Made by a program: the position numbers and the translations under genes. Below, piece by piece: positions 49,901 through 59,766 of a stretch of 64,000 nucleotides of DNA. The stretch's first letter is position 1. The number at the start of each line of letters is the position of its first letter. The stretch is from a virus. Taxonomy: Duplodnaviria > Caudoviricetes. A model generated the notes under the pieces. That model made no database searches and was not told where the DNA came from. It was given only the letters and a program-made list of their open reading frames with translations. The stretch spans positions 8,360 to 72,359 of the IMG/VR virus record IMGVR_UViG_3300009169_000019. One strand, given 5' to 3'.

Positions 49901-52310
49901 AATCATCTACAATACCGGGATTAGGCATTGCTGAATTTAATTTCATAATTATATATGGATTTCTATATAAATTATTTACAGAAAGTCCGTCAAATGATTG
50001 CACACTATCTTTTATATATCCATAATCAGATGTTGAAATTGTACTTGTTGTTGGGTTAAATGAGTTGTAAAATCCATGTGAATTAAACTGTGCGGCTAAT
50101 TGCTCAGGTCCAATTAATGATGTAACAAGTTCTGCTAATTTTTGTCCATTTGCTTTTAATCCTACAGCAATTTGCCATGCAGCTGTTATCACTGTATTTG
50201 CAAAAATTCTAGCAATATATGATGCATTTCCAAATGTGTCTGGAGCTGAACCTATATTTACACCTAGTGTTAAATTATAAGGCATATCTGAATTACCTTG
50301 AACAGTAATTGGTTCAGCACCTAAAGCAGCACTAAGAGTTTGAAATGCAGCTACTGTAATTGCAAAAATATTAACTAAATCAGCACTACGTTGACCAAGC
50401 AATTTAAATTCTGGATGTTTATATGGAGCAGAATAACATCCAGACATTTGTCCATATGTATATCCATATATTCTTAAATTAAATGCACCTATGTATGGAT
50501 TTTGAAATGTTGTGTCTGGTGAATGAAATGTTGCATAATTTGTTAATGCAGTCATTCCAACAGCACTTTCATAAAACGGATCTATTGTACTAATATCATT
50601 ATAAGGATAGTTTTGCATTAAAACTTGTTGTCCTGTAGGATTACTTGTTTTAGCATCTATAATATTGTATATCTCCATGTTGTTAACCATACCTTTGGCA
50701 ATAACAGACTTATATCCTTCTCTCGAACCCCTTAATATTTCATATCCAACTATTGAATCTATTATATTTCCATTAATATCTTTAGGAGCTGTAATACCTT
50801 CAAATGATACACCAAGCACTCTAATCTTACCACCACCATTTGTAAAATGATTATCCAATGCATTATCAGGAAACTTATGATGTCTTATATTTTTTCCACA
50901 TAAATCAAATGAACCATTACCAGTGCTGTTAGGTTGATTCCATACAACAGGATTATCATCAGGATATTTTTCTGTAGATTGCCAATATCCCATATATCCT
51001 GTTTTAACTAAAATACCACCATCGAGTTGTAACAAATTGGGAGATGCAGTAATTGTTGCAGTGTTTTTAGTTTGCCAGTTGGTATCGTTTATACCACTGT
51101 AATTAATAGGTCTACCGGGAATATGATAAGATGCAGATCTATCCCCAGTATTATATATCCATCTTATAAAAAATGAATACACCTCATCTCTCATGTATCC
51201 AACATTAGAACCAGCTTTATGATAATAATCTTCAGGATATTCTACGGAATTCCACTTTGAAATAATTTTATTAGCTTGTGGTTGATAGTTAAAATCAGAT
51301 TTTGTATATGGACCAACTCTTAACAAATAATTATTTAAAGGAAAGATTCCATCTGATTTATCAATTGCTGGTGTAATCAAAGGAATATTAGAAATTGGAA
51401 TATTAACTAATGTAGGATCTATACTATCAATATAAATAGTGGATTGTCTTGTAGAATATACACCAAGTTGTTTTGCTACTGTTTGTGAATTGACAATAGA
51501 AATTACAACCACCTCCATTTCAGTAAAATCCGGATCTGTATTAGATACACTCAGCTTAATAGCTCCACCTACACCACTATGACTCCATATAGATACAGGA
51601 TTAGAAACCATAAGATAGTCCGTCACTTTGATTTGATTAATCATATAAGCAATAGCCACTTGATATGTACCATTTTGTAATGTTCCAGACCCACTTCCTT
51701 TTTCAACTCGTAAACATGGTGTGTTTAATAATGGAGCAAGTCTTAATTGTTCACAATTTAATTGTGTAGTGTCTGTACATGTAACACAACCTGTAGGAGA
51801 ACCTGCTGGCCAAATTCCTGGAGGATTTGATATGCTGACATTGTTATCATCAACGCAAACTTGTTTCCAAGGAATATTATTAATATCCATCACTCTATCT
51901 GGATTATTTCCATCAGACCAATATATTTTTTCTGAACAATCAAATGTTCTTCTTGAAGCCCCTGTTATTAAATGCTTGGTATTAAAACTTAAACAATCAT
52001 CATTAACCAATGTTGTATAAGTGCAAGTTAATTCATTAAAAATACCTATCTCAGAATTAACATCATTTGTAGTAAATATTGCCCATCTATTTTCGTCTAA
52101 AGAAATGCAACCAATTAATGTATATGGAAGATTAACACAAAAAAGATTGGAAGGTTCATTACCTACTACGCCAACCTGACCATCATGAGAATTATTAACT
52201 AAATTCCTAGCATGTGTCCATTGCCCTTCGCCAATAAAAGTATCATTAGGATCTTTAAGCATCCCTTTGGTAAACGAATTCAGTTGATTTGGTGTTTCTT
52301 TATTTGCCAT
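46920..52310 (-). CDS. tail stabilisation/muzzle protein (P22 gp10-like, crAss-type; 1796 aa)
   Basis: FTKGMLKD...HARN, GYMRDEVYSF, RHHKFPD, SWTISY...WISFHDWHP; size and position between the ring genes and the cargo genes. Confidence 0.75.
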   Translation of the reverse strand: MANKETPNQLNSFTKGMLKDPNDTFIGEGQWTHARNLVNNSHDGQVGVVGNEPSNLFCVNLPYTLIGCISLDENRWAIFTTNDVNSEIGIFNELTCTYTTLVNDDCLSFNTKHLITGASRRTFDCSEKIYWSDGNNPDRVMDINNIPWKQVCVDDNNVSISNPPGIWPAGSPTGCVTCTDTTQLNCEQLRLAPLLNTPCLRVEKGSGSGTLQNGTYQVAIAYMINQIKVTDYLMVSNPVSIWSHSGVGGAIKLSVSNTDPDFTEMEVVVISIVNSQTVAKQLGVYSTRQSTIYIDSIDPTLVNIPISNIPLITPAIDKSDGIFPLNNYLLRVGPYTKSDFNYQPQANKIISKWNSVEYPEDYYHKAGSNVGYMRDEVYSFFIRWIYNTGDRSASYHIPGRPINYSGINDTNWQTKNTATITASPNLLQLDGGILVKTGYMGYWQSTEKYPDDNPVVWNQPNSTGNGSFDLCGKNIRHHKFPDNALDNHFTNGGGKIRVLGVSFEGITAPKDINGNIIDSIVGYEILRGSREGYKSVIAKGMVNNMEIYNIIDAKTSNPTGQQVLMQNYPYNDISTIDPFYESAVGMTALTNYATFHSPDTTFQNPYIGAFNLRIYGYTYGQMSGCYSAPYKHPEFKLLGQRSADLVNIFAITVAAFQTLSAALGAEPITVQGNSDMPYNLTLGVNIGSAPDTFGNASYIARIFANTVITAAWQIAVGLKANGQKLAELVTSLIGPEQLAAQFNSHGFYNSFNPTTSTISTSDYGYIKDSVQSFDGLSVNNLYRNPYIIMKLNSAMPNPGIVDDSKNILGVNGDCFTRTISSNYGAIKVDFASQYGQIDSIRQIPISSCVYTINEVPILFGGDIYLNRYTEKNNYLYFNDWLIEQPEDVTYNYLQYQNIVGTYYFVDNRKQYVDNSILISPKKYYRLNKGGTIVGKDYNGDPGWKVDAANFYLFCNGVRDFFVESEVNVGYRDWEDEASKRFYDPYGYTDLVTLFRSDYVKFSAFYKYDYSLSVSRMYNQFVTWGQVLPRSFNPLVAATCYTYYPRRIQYSLPQQEELKRDNWQSFLVNNYKDMPTKVTSVKQINKTGALIMLDRQSPMQIMGVDSLQTDTGIKVTIGDGGLFNQPLQSLVNSDQIYEYGSCQSRWGITSTPYGVFYVSQDQGKIFAYTGQLEEISKSNMKWWFSRYLPLQLINYFPNFNLSDNPVIGAGITTVYDNINEVVYFSKRDYIPKRNDIQYDPAFGFYLNNGNINVNVEPLYTYDCPSGYQYINGQCQQVTTEPPVISTTNYSTEPLGSVTYGTLGTALYDLGYNGSAVGTYTNIGQLNNFWINDTGTSSDGPVNYLMIKTTATSGIPNDTITYNIYLNNVPNEKIYYVAICSYSVDPTTAYTNFRITLNGQVILDPDLAAMNADSRLPGSSGDDVSNTYLHIYPIQITEVNNTLKLEGSYEGFGAALIDNTQFEILNATSFSDLNVIFTTNDKSEFIDYEYTCSGAGVLEYTYGVEEPVCVYTLTESLEYNTEILPPVSVFSKIPISLCDPAYFEDASWTISYDVKNKQWISFHDWHPTFMLPSKRHFYTAYKTCFQTQTGLWRHNDRWDDFCNFYGTYHPFEIEYAFPTGTTVTTMRNVEYYLEAYKYSANGQDKFHLLDYNFDSAIVYNSEQISGLLNLNLKSKSNPFQYLNYPIINPTGSTEILFSKEEQKYRFNQFNDITKDRGEFSGVENILITTFPNGYNWFVNPFSVDYYKLSTQKKKFRHNVSKVLLRKNPPEIRKEGVDGRGDIKMIFKFINTKLQISQK

Positions 52311-52311
52311 C

Positions 52312-52665
52312 TTACTTAATTTCTAATTTCTTTTTTTTAATAAAAGAATATGCTTGTTCAGTAAGAAAACCACATAGCCAAGCTTGTGTTTCTTCATCTA
52401 CAACATCTCTGTCTTCTGTTATTCTAACTACAGCATGATAAATTTCGTGTGCAATTGTGTTATGTGAAAGATATTTCTGTTCTATAATTAAATAATAAGA
52501 CTCCATTTCAGCACTAATCAATATTCCTTCTAATTCATAATCATTATTTGAAGTAACATTATATTTTTTGTAAACCTTATCTACTTCTTTTTTTATATTA
52601 TCAGAAATAATAAATTGTAATTTACAATTAAATGTTTCAATATTTATTATCTTTTTAACTATCAT
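52312..52665 (-). CDS. small HExxH zincin-like protein
   Basis: TIAHEIYHAV...DEETQAWL. Confidence 0.65.
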   Translation of the reverse strand: MIVKKIINIETFNCKLQFIISDNIKKEVDKVYKKYNVTSNNDYELEGILISAEMESYYLIIEQKYLSHNTIAHEIYHAVVRITEDRDVVDEETQAWLCGFLTEQAYSFIKKKKLEIK

Positions 52666-53549
52666 TACAAATTTATATAATATGATTTAAACATATTGTA
52701 ATACTTACCGTACATTGCTTCTCTGTTCATTTTCCAAACATTATACATTTCTTTAAAGTCAGGAGTATTTACAATAGTGAGAGCATTGTTTCTTGCAGGT
52801 CTCATTCTTTGTTCAACCAATTGCATTCTTTGTGTAACATCTTCACCATTCATGTATAGATTTTCAAGAATACGTTGTTTAATCGCATATTCATAATATT
52901 CATTAATCATAGGATGATCTAATACAAGAAGATTACCATTCTCATCTTCTAAGTTACCCAAATAGTTTACATACACGGTACCTGTTTCAATTCCTATAAC
53001 GTATAAATATCCATCTCTGAGTTCTGCTTCCATCCAATTGTCATATTCTGGTTTCTTAGAACATATAGGATCTACTGCTCTAGCAGGTCTTACCCAAAGT
53101 CTCTTAAACTCTCTAAATTCTCTTGTTAAATAATTTCTTTTTTCTATAACTTTTACATAAGTGTCTTCACAAACTACATAAGTACTTTCACAAGCACATG
53201 TAGATTCAGGTTCTTTGCAAGTATTACAACATGTTGCTGTTGGTTCTACTATAACATTTTCTGTATGTCTTCCTTGCATCACTTCTTCTTTTACATGATA
53301 GTCAGCACAAAGAACAGCCATAGTAAGTACATAAAAATCATCTGGAAGTTTAACTCTACCGTTTATGATTTCTAAAACTTTTTGTTTTTCAGTGTTAATT
53401 CTAAGTCCAAGATCATAATTAATTCTTTGTGCAACTTTAATAAGTTGACCAGGCTCAATCATACCTTCCATTTCATAAGTGAAAAAGTCAGTGCGTACCT
53501 CATCCATTAACTCATCAAATGTTCTATATTTTACAAATGTGTTTGCCAT
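52665..53549 (-). CDS. putative tail ring/adaptor protein
   Basis: GRVKLPDDF, VYVNYLG...DENG..LV.DHP...EYYEYA; synteny with crAss tail genes. Confidence 0.6.
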   Translation of the reverse strand: MANTFVKYRTFDELMDEVRTDFFTYEMEGMIEPGQLIKVAQRINYDLGLRINTEKQKVLEIINGRVKLPDDFYVLTMAVLCADYHVKEEVMQGRHTENVIVEPTATCCNTCKEPESTCACESTYVVCEDTYVKVIEKRNYLTREFREFKRLWVRPARAVDPICSKKPEYDNWMEAELRDGYLYVIGIETGTVYVNYLGNLEDENGNLLVLDHPMINEYYEYAIKQRILENLYMNGEDVTQRMQLVEQRMRPARNNALTIVNTPDFKEMYNVWKMNREAMYGKYYNMFKSYYINL

Positions 53550-53551
53550 TT

Positions 53552-54244
53552 TTATCTTGATATATTTTTATTATCTTGGGTGTTATCTGTAGGTATCTGT
53601 AGCATAATACCAAGATCTTTCATAACATTAGACTCTATTTCACCATACAAATAATCAGGAACATTAAATGCAGAATCTTGTCTAGATGCACAATTGTATT
53701 CTTGGTTTTCATTACATGTAATACATTTATACTTAGATATATCATCTTCAAACACTCCTTCTATTCTTACACTAGGCCATATAATATCTGGAAAATATAA
53801 ATGATCATTTAAATACCAATAATAATTTGTTTTGTTATATTTAAAATTTTTAGAATTAGACATTTGTACATACTGTGTAGGACTAATTGGTTGTAAATCA
53901 ATTTGACCATCTAAAGAAGTCACTTGTCTAATAAGTGGTCCCCAATACCCTTGCATAAAAATTGGAATATTTTCTTTTGTTCTCATAACTGTTATATTAG
54001 TTTTTAAACCAGTACAACCTGCTTCTATCCTATCTATCTCAATTAATTCAACATTATCAAGTGTTTGCATAATTGAATTAAATTTCATAAGATTACTTTT
54101 AGAATCTTCTCTTTTCATTAACCACTTTGCATGTTTAGAAACAATGCTATAAAGAAATCTGTCCGTAAGAAATGCATCCTGACGAACTGCTTTTATTTGG
54201 TTTCTAACCCTTGATAATACTTCTCCAATTGTTGTCTTGCTCAT
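53552..54244 (-). CDS. putative tail ring/tubular protein
   Basis: YYWYLNDHLY, IEGVFED, C-terminal IPTD...D; synteny. Confidence 0.6.
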   Translation of the reverse strand: MSKTTIGEVLSRVRNQIKAVRQDAFLTDRFLYSIVSKHAKWLMKREDSKSNLMKFNSIMQTLDNVELIEIDRIEAGCTGLKTNITVMRTKENIPIFMQGYWGPLIRQVTSLDGQIDLQPISPTQYVQMSNSKNFKYNKTNYYWYLNDHLYFPDIIWPSVRIEGVFEDDISKYKCITCNENQEYNCASRQDSAFNVPDYLYGEIESNVMKDLGIMLQIPTDNTQDNKNISR

Positions 54245-54254
54245 TTTATTATTA

Positions 54255-54839
54255 TTATGTCATATCAAATTCATCATAGCTTTCCATTAATAATTCAGTT
54301 TCTTTATCTTTTTTGTCTGTAAAGACTTGTTTTCTGAATAATCTTGAAACTCTAGCCATATTGTCAACAACAACATATTTCTTCCATTCGGTAGGATATG
54401 TTTTGCTGACAGTTCTTTTAAAATCTCTTAATGCAGTAAAACCCCACACTTCGTGAAATTTAAATCTGTATTTAGTTTCAAAATTTGTGTAAAATATTTT
54501 AGCTAAAAGCTGGTCAGATTCCCAATTTTGATGCTGCACTTTTACACCGTATTTTAAAGAGCTTTTTACATCGGTGTTTTGTCTTTTTTTCTTTTGACAT
54601 GTACCAATGAATACATACCCAAGTTGTTCTAGTAGCTCCAGTCCATCTCTTTTTTCTATCACAGTCTTCCACAAATTTTCATTAAAAGTTTTAACAACTT
54701 CTTTAATTTGCTTATCTGTTAGATTTTTATATTCTTCTTTTTTTTCTCTGATTTTATTACAAAATTCAGCGTTTAGAATATTATATCTTTTAGCCCTATA
54801 TCTAGGTGCATTAAGATCTGGCTTATTATAACTAGTCAT
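54255..54839 (-). CDS. HU/IHF-like protein
   Basis: Basic; helix-helix followed by GLEL...LGYVFI and FTALRDFKR; crAss-like phages carry such genes beside the tail ring genes. Confidence 0.55.
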   Translation of the reverse strand: MTSYNKPDLNAPRYRAKRYNILNAEFCNKIREKKEEYKNLTDKQIKEVVKTFNENLWKTVIEKRDGLELLEQLGYVFIGTCQKKKRQNTDVKSSLKYGVKVQHQNWESDQLLAKIFYTNFETKYRFKFHEVWGFTALRDFKRTVSKTYPTEWKKYVVVDNMARVSRLFRKQVFTDKKDKETELLMESYDEFDMT

Positions 54840-54846
54840 TACTGGG

Positions 54847-54880
54847 TATATTATAATTTACGTAATTTTTAATTATTTTC
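54847..54880 (-). promoter_or_regulatory. candidate late promoter GAAAATAATTAAAAATTAC-GTAAATTATAATATA
   Basis: Shared motif; closely resembles 61259-61295. Confidence 0.5.
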
Positions 54881-54899
54881 CTATTTAAACTTTTAATAT

Positions 54900-56192
54900 T
54901 TAAAATAATATTTTATGTTCAAATATTCTATCAGTATTTTTTTCTACAATATCAAATGAACATCCAGCTTTTGTAGGTCCAAAGTTTGTTCCAATCCATT
55001 TAGAACCTCCAAACAAAGACAATGCATTTCTATATCTGAAGTTATATGATTGTTCTGAAGTGTTTTTATGAAGATCACCTTTTATAAAACTTACATAAGA
55101 AACATCTGGATCTATTCTATTATACATTAAGTATTTATTAATGTAATTCTCTGTCTTATCATTAAGATGAAGAGGAAGTCCGTGTTTCATATCTTCTGTA
55201 TCTTTTCCATGAGATAACAAGAACACGTGTTTACCATAATAAATATGATCTATAAACTTCTCTTGTACAGATGTTTTAACATAGGGATATTTTGCATTAA
55301 CATAAATCTCAAGTGCTCTACTTACCATGTAGTCAAATATGCCACCATGATTAGAACATGCGTTTGATATAATGTGATAGCTTTCTGCATAATCACTTGT
55401 AAATACAACATCATAAAAGTTTTTTTCTACAGTAAGAACATTTTCAAATGCTTCTTTATCTGTCATATTTTGTGGCAGTTTATGCCCACCTCTAGTAGTT
55501 TGAGCATTCATACCATCCATTCTATCTCCAAGATCTATAATGTATATATCACTAAATCTTTTATAAAGGTTGTGCAGATATTGTATTTCATACAACACAT
55601 TATACATCCTAGATTTAAATGTTAAAAAATTGTAATTGTTCTTGTACATTGCTTCTACATCATCTACATAAGCTGAAATGTGTTTATCTGAAGTGTATAC
55701 AAATAATGCTTTTTCATTAGTTATTTTAACAGAATCTGTTCTTTTGTGCACTTGCACATTACTAAAAACTTTATTTAATATTTCATTAAAATCTTCTACA
55801 TTAAGTTCATTTTCTTGCTTTTTAGTAATCATTGCAGAAATAACCCAATAGTCATTACCATTGTTTTTATGTTGTTTATTCCAATAGGAAGAAAGCTTCC
55901 ATTTGGTAATGTCAATCTTTAAAATTTTTTCTATTTCTTCTGCTGTTTTTGGCTCTTCTAAAGCAATTGCTTTAATTTTTGCTGTACCTTCAGATACATT
56001 TTCAGAAAACTCAATAATCTTTTCTTCTAATACGCCTATATAGGAATTCTTTTCTACATCTTCAATTGTTTTATTAATAAAAAACTGTTTTTTACTAAGG
56101 TATTCTGCAATATTAATACCTAATCTTTTAGCGCATTCTTTATTAGATTTTTTAGATTTAATAGCTTTTAAAATGTCATTATCTGAAATCAT
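54900..56192 (-). CDS. calcineurin-like metallophosphoesterase with N-terminal HTH-like segment
   Basis: SDKH, LGDRMDG, SNH, SHG, GDLH. Confidence 0.8.
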   Translation of the reverse strand: MISDNDILKAIKSKKSNKECAKRLGINIAEYLSKKQFFINKTIEDVEKNSYIGVLEEKIIEFSENVSEGTAKIKAIALEEPKTAEEIEKILKIDITKWKLSSYWNKQHKNNGNDYWVISAMITKKQENELNVEDFNEILNKVFSNVQVHKRTDSVKITNEKALFVYTSDKHISAYVDDVEAMYKNNYNFLTFKSRMYNVLYEIQYLHNLYKRFSDIYIIDLGDRMDGMNAQTTRGGHKLPQNMTDKEAFENVLTVEKNFYDVVFTSDYAESYHIISNACSNHGGIFDYMVSRALEIYVNAKYPYVKTSVQEKFIDHIYYGKHVFLLSHGKDTEDMKHGLPLHLNDKTENYINKYLMYNRIDPDVSYVSFIKGDLHKNTSEQSYNFRYRNALSLFGGSKWIGTNFGPTKAGCSFDIVEKNTDRIFEHKILF

Positions 56193-56268
56193 ATATTTAT
56201 ATTTTATATAAAGGTAAATAATATTTTTAAAATATCAATACTTCAATGTTTGAAATGTGTTTATAATT

Positions 56269-56300
56269 AAAGACCCCAGTTAAGAATAACTAGGGTCTTT
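56269..56300 (-). terminator. hairpin, possible terminator
   Basis: AAAGACCC-CAGTTA-agaa-TAACTA-GGGTCTTT in the longest intergenic gap; only a short U tail. Confidence 0.5.
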
Positions 56301-56484
56301 GCCAGAAAACCAACAAACTGACAATTTTTTAAAAATGATTAAGTTATTTCAATACATGGTTAAGGTGGGTTTTATACTTTCACCATTGTAAATAATGTAT
56401 AAGCACTTGTTCTCATAGAGGGTTTTGCTTTAATATTGTTTTAAAATTTATTTTTATAAAATGATGTAAAATATTTTTTATAAA

Positions 56485-56748
56485 TTAGGGATATGTTACT
56501 GTTTGCCAAGACCCCTCAACAAACGTATATAATACATTAGTAGAAGTATCAAGTCCAAGTCTTCCTTCAACTATATTAGTTATGGGAAAAATAGATACAG
56601 ATGCTCCTGTAATCAAAGAAATACTATCCAGTGTATTTGATGTGTTTTCTATATCAGCAATAAGTTTATTAACAACAGCAATTCTGTTATTGATATCTTT
56701 TGCAGTTGCAAAATATGAATTTTTACTTAAATTTTTTATTCCAGACAT
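56485..56748 (-). CDS. small putative structural protein
   Basis: 87 aa; C-terminal EGRLGLDTSTNVLYTFVEGSWQ resembles fibre knob/beta motifs. Confidence 0.55.
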   Translation of the reverse strand: MSGIKNLSKNSYFATAKDINNRIAVVNKLIADIENTSNTLDSISLITGASVSIFPITNIVEGRLGLDTSTNVLYTFVEGSWQTVTYP

Positions 56749-56760
56749 TTCTTTATATTT

Positions 56761-58278
56761 TTATGTTATTGGAGCACATGGTTCGCAAGGGCATGCTGTA
56801 ACACAAAACTGTGCATTTAAATATTGTGTATTTTTAATTGTATTGAGCATGTCTAAAATGTATTGTTTAGAAAAAACACTACATAAAGATGAATTAATAT
56901 TTTCTAATATTTCTATACTATTAGGATTTTCAATTTCTAATTGATTATTATTTGTAACAAATAAATTATTATTTTCACATGTTGCATTTAAATTTCCTAC
57001 ATATACTGCGCATTCAGCAGGAATATAATAAGCACATCCTTCAGTATCACATTGTACAACAGGATCTTGTGGATTACAATCTTCTGTATAAGGATTACAT
57101 GGTAAAGTGCTAAATATCTCTACATCTCCGTATAATGTACTTACGCTATTTGTAGCAAAAGCTCGTATATAATATGTTTTGTCGTTTGTAAGACCAGACA
57201 ATTCTGTAATAAATGGATTTGTTTGTGCATAATTAGGATCATTTATTACATTAGAATTACTTGTAGTAGGTAGTATTTGTGTACTACTCCAACATATTCC
57301 ACGTGCTGTAATTGCTACACCACCATTAAAAACAACATCACAACCTGTAATAGCTGTATTACTTGTTATAGAATACGGAGGAACAGTAATTACAGTGGGG
57401 CCTCCCAATGTTGCTACACTAAAAATTTCTCCATAAGTTGTACCATTTGTATTAGTAGCAAATGCTCTAATATAATAAGTTGTACCAGCTGTAAGACCAC
57501 TAACTGTACCAGTAAATGCACCTGTACCAGTTCCCATTGTAGTGTTAGTAGCAGAAGACATATCTATACTAAGACTTCTTTGTATTCCTCTAGAAGTAAC
57601 AGTAGAGCCACCACTTGCTGTAACATTACCACCAGCAACAAAAGATGTAGATGTTAAACTTGTTATTGTAGGGCTTGTAGTAACAGAAGGAGTAATAGAA
57701 CTTGTAGTAAATGTTTTTACATCACCATATGATACTCCAGATATTGTCTCTACATAACATCTTATTTTATATATTGTATTAGGCAATAAACCTAATAAAA
57801 TACTTGTAAACACTCCACCAACAGAAACATCAGTAGTTTTACTATCATTAATATCTGGATCTGGATTTGTTGATATATCCCAACATACACCTACGTTACT
57901 AATGGTTCCTACAATTCCTGTAAAAGAACCTCCGGAAATAGCAGTGCTAGATGTTATAGAACTAGCGGCAGTTGTTACTAAACTAGGTGTAGTGAATGAC
58001 CACTGATTTCCATAATATACATTAGACAAAGCATCAATAATATATGCTCTAACATAGTATGTAGAACCTGCACTAAGAGATGTTAAATTTAATGAGTAAT
58101 TAGCTGTACTATTTCCTGCAATACTGTTTGTAGAATTAGCAGTGGTAGGATTACCAGTTGTATTCCAACACAAACCTCTAAATGCAACAGTACCACTACC
58201 TATAATAGAGTTACCTCCACTAGTTGCACTAGTAGAAGTAATTGCTGTAATATTATTAGTGTTAAGACTGTATGCCAT
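56761..58278 (-). CDS. structural protein with four FN3-like repeats and a C-terminal Cys-rich module
   Basis: Four copies of IT...A.SGG...RG.CW...L..L...T.YY.RA.A....YG...F.T; C-terminal ECAVYVG...C module. Confidence 0.75.
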   Translation of the reverse strand: MAYSLNTNNITAITSTSATSGGNSIIGSGTVAFRGLCWNTTGNPTTANSTNSIAGNSTANYSLNLTSLSAGSTYYVRAYIIDALSNVYYGNQWSFTTPSLVTTAASSITSSTAISGGSFTGIVGTISNVGVCWDISTNPDPDINDSKTTDVSVGGVFTSILLGLLPNTIYKIRCYVETISGVSYGDVKTFTTSSITPSVTTSPTITSLTSTSFVAGGNVTASGGSTVTSRGIQRSLSIDMSSATNTTMGTGTGAFTGTVSGLTAGTTYYIRAFATNTNGTTYGEIFSVATLGGPTVITVPPYSITSNTAITGCDVVFNGGVAITARGICWSSTQILPTTSNSNVINDPNYAQTNPFITELSGLTNDKTYYIRAFATNSVSTLYGDVEIFSTLPCNPYTEDCNPQDPVVQCDTEGCAYYIPAECAVYVGNLNATCENNNLFVTNNNQLEIENPNSIEILENINSSLCSVFSKQYILDMLNTIKNTQYLNAQFCVTACPCEPCAPIT

Positions 58279-58280
58279 TA

Positions 58281-59756
58281 TTAAAGATTAGTAAATGGTG
58301 GAATTAATTCTGGTGTATAAATAAATTTATTACAATCTAAATTTTTAATTTCTCGTTCTGTATACGGTGTTCCAAATGTACCATCATCATTTAATGGAAG
58401 TCTTGGAGAAAGACCACTATAACAGTCATCATGTCCTGTTTCTGCCAGAATTAAAATTAAATAATTAAAATTATAATCAGTTCCTGTTAATGTAGTTGTT
58501 AATATAGTTGGTGTTGAACCATATGTACCAGTGTGTACATATTCCCATCCATATTGTGCAGTGTATACACCAGCTGGATCTTCTTTATACCAATGTACTG
58601 TATATGATGTAATAGGATAAAACCCAACAGGAATGTTTTCTGTAGTAAATGCAAAGTTAAGAGTTCCATCACCATTTACTGTAAATGTTGGAGTATTGCT
58701 TTCGTTAATGCATGCTTGTCTACATAATTCTTCAGTAGGAGCTGTATAAAGTCCTACACCACAGTTTTCACTTACAACATCATAATCAATTGGTTCTAAA
58801 GCATTATTAACTAAAAACCCAGAAGAACATTCTGAATTTAATGCATCTTGTGCTAATACACTAACCATCCAATTTTTATTACCTGTATTGTCATATAGTG
58901 AGGTTACACTAACAACAGCTTCTCCTGTAGTGTCTGATGGAAAAATAATATCAGAACCCCATACAGCAGATGATACATTTCCTACATAATAATAGTTGCC
59001 CGTATCTAATCTGTATATAGCAGCAGTGTATGTAGTTTTTGTTGCTGTAAATACAATAGGACCAACAACACTTTGTGATACGCTGACAGTCCATGAAACT
59101 CCTGCACCAGCAGTAATAAAAGTATTAGGAGCTACACCACTACCTGTAATCTTCATACCTACAGAAATAGAACCTACACCTGGAGGCGTTGTCACTGTAA
59201 GAGTTGTACCAACTATACCACCGCTAAATGTAATGCTAGAACCACCTATAACTTGATTAAAGTCAATAGTGATAGTATCTACACTAGGATCAGAAATAGA
59301 ATTGTATGTTGCATCTATTACAGATGGACATGTTAATGCACATTCACAATTACAATCAGAAATAATATTACAAAACAAAAGACTTAATTCTTCATCATTT
59401 TGAATATTAGTTAATAATTGTGTAATAAAATCTTTAGAAAATATATAACAAAGTTGCTCATTAATATTTTCTAAAATATTAACAAAGTTTCTTTCTGTTG
59501 TAGATGACTCTTCAAGAACTAAAAAATGAATAACATTAGGATAGAGCATCAATGCTTCTGAACTACATTTAATATCTTCACCAGTATAAATTACACACTG
59601 TAATGGATAAAGCTCACTGCATGGATTTGGGTCTTCACATGTTACTGTAGGCATAACAATAGGATCTGGAGGACATACACAACTTGTACAGTTGTATCCA
59701 CAGCTTCCGCAATTTGTAGTTGTGCTAGTTGTTACTTTATTACAAGGACATCCCAT
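58281..59756 (-). CDS. Cys-rich structural (head/tail fibre-like) protein
   Basis: MGCPC...CGSCGYNCTSCVC; QCVIYTGEDIKC; beta-rich segment ISVGMKITGSGVAPNTFIT. Confidence 0.6.
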   Translation of the reverse strand: MGCPCNKVTTSTTTNCGSCGYNCTSCVCPPDPIVMPTVTCEDPNPCSELYPLQCVIYTGEDIKCSSEALMLYPNVIHFLVLEESSTTERNFVNILENINEQLCYIFSKDFITQLLTNIQNDEELSLLFCNIISDCNCECALTCPSVIDATYNSISDPSVDTITIDFNQVIGGSSITFSGGIVGTTLTVTTPPGVGSISVGMKITGSGVAPNTFITAGAGVSWTVSVSQSVVGPIVFTATKTTYTAAIYRLDTGNYYYVGNVSSAVWGSDIIFPSDTTGEAVVSVTSLYDNTGNKNWMVSVLAQDALNSECSSGFLVNNALEPIDYDVVSENCGVGLYTAPTEELCRQACINESNTPTFTVNGDGTLNFAFTTENIPVGFYPITSYTVHWYKEDPAGVYTAQYGWEYVHTGTYGSTPTILTTTLTGTDYNFNYLILILAETGHDDCYSGLSPRLPLNDDGTFGTPYTEREIKNLDCNKFIYTPELIPPFTNL

Positions 59757-59766
59757 TTCTTATATT

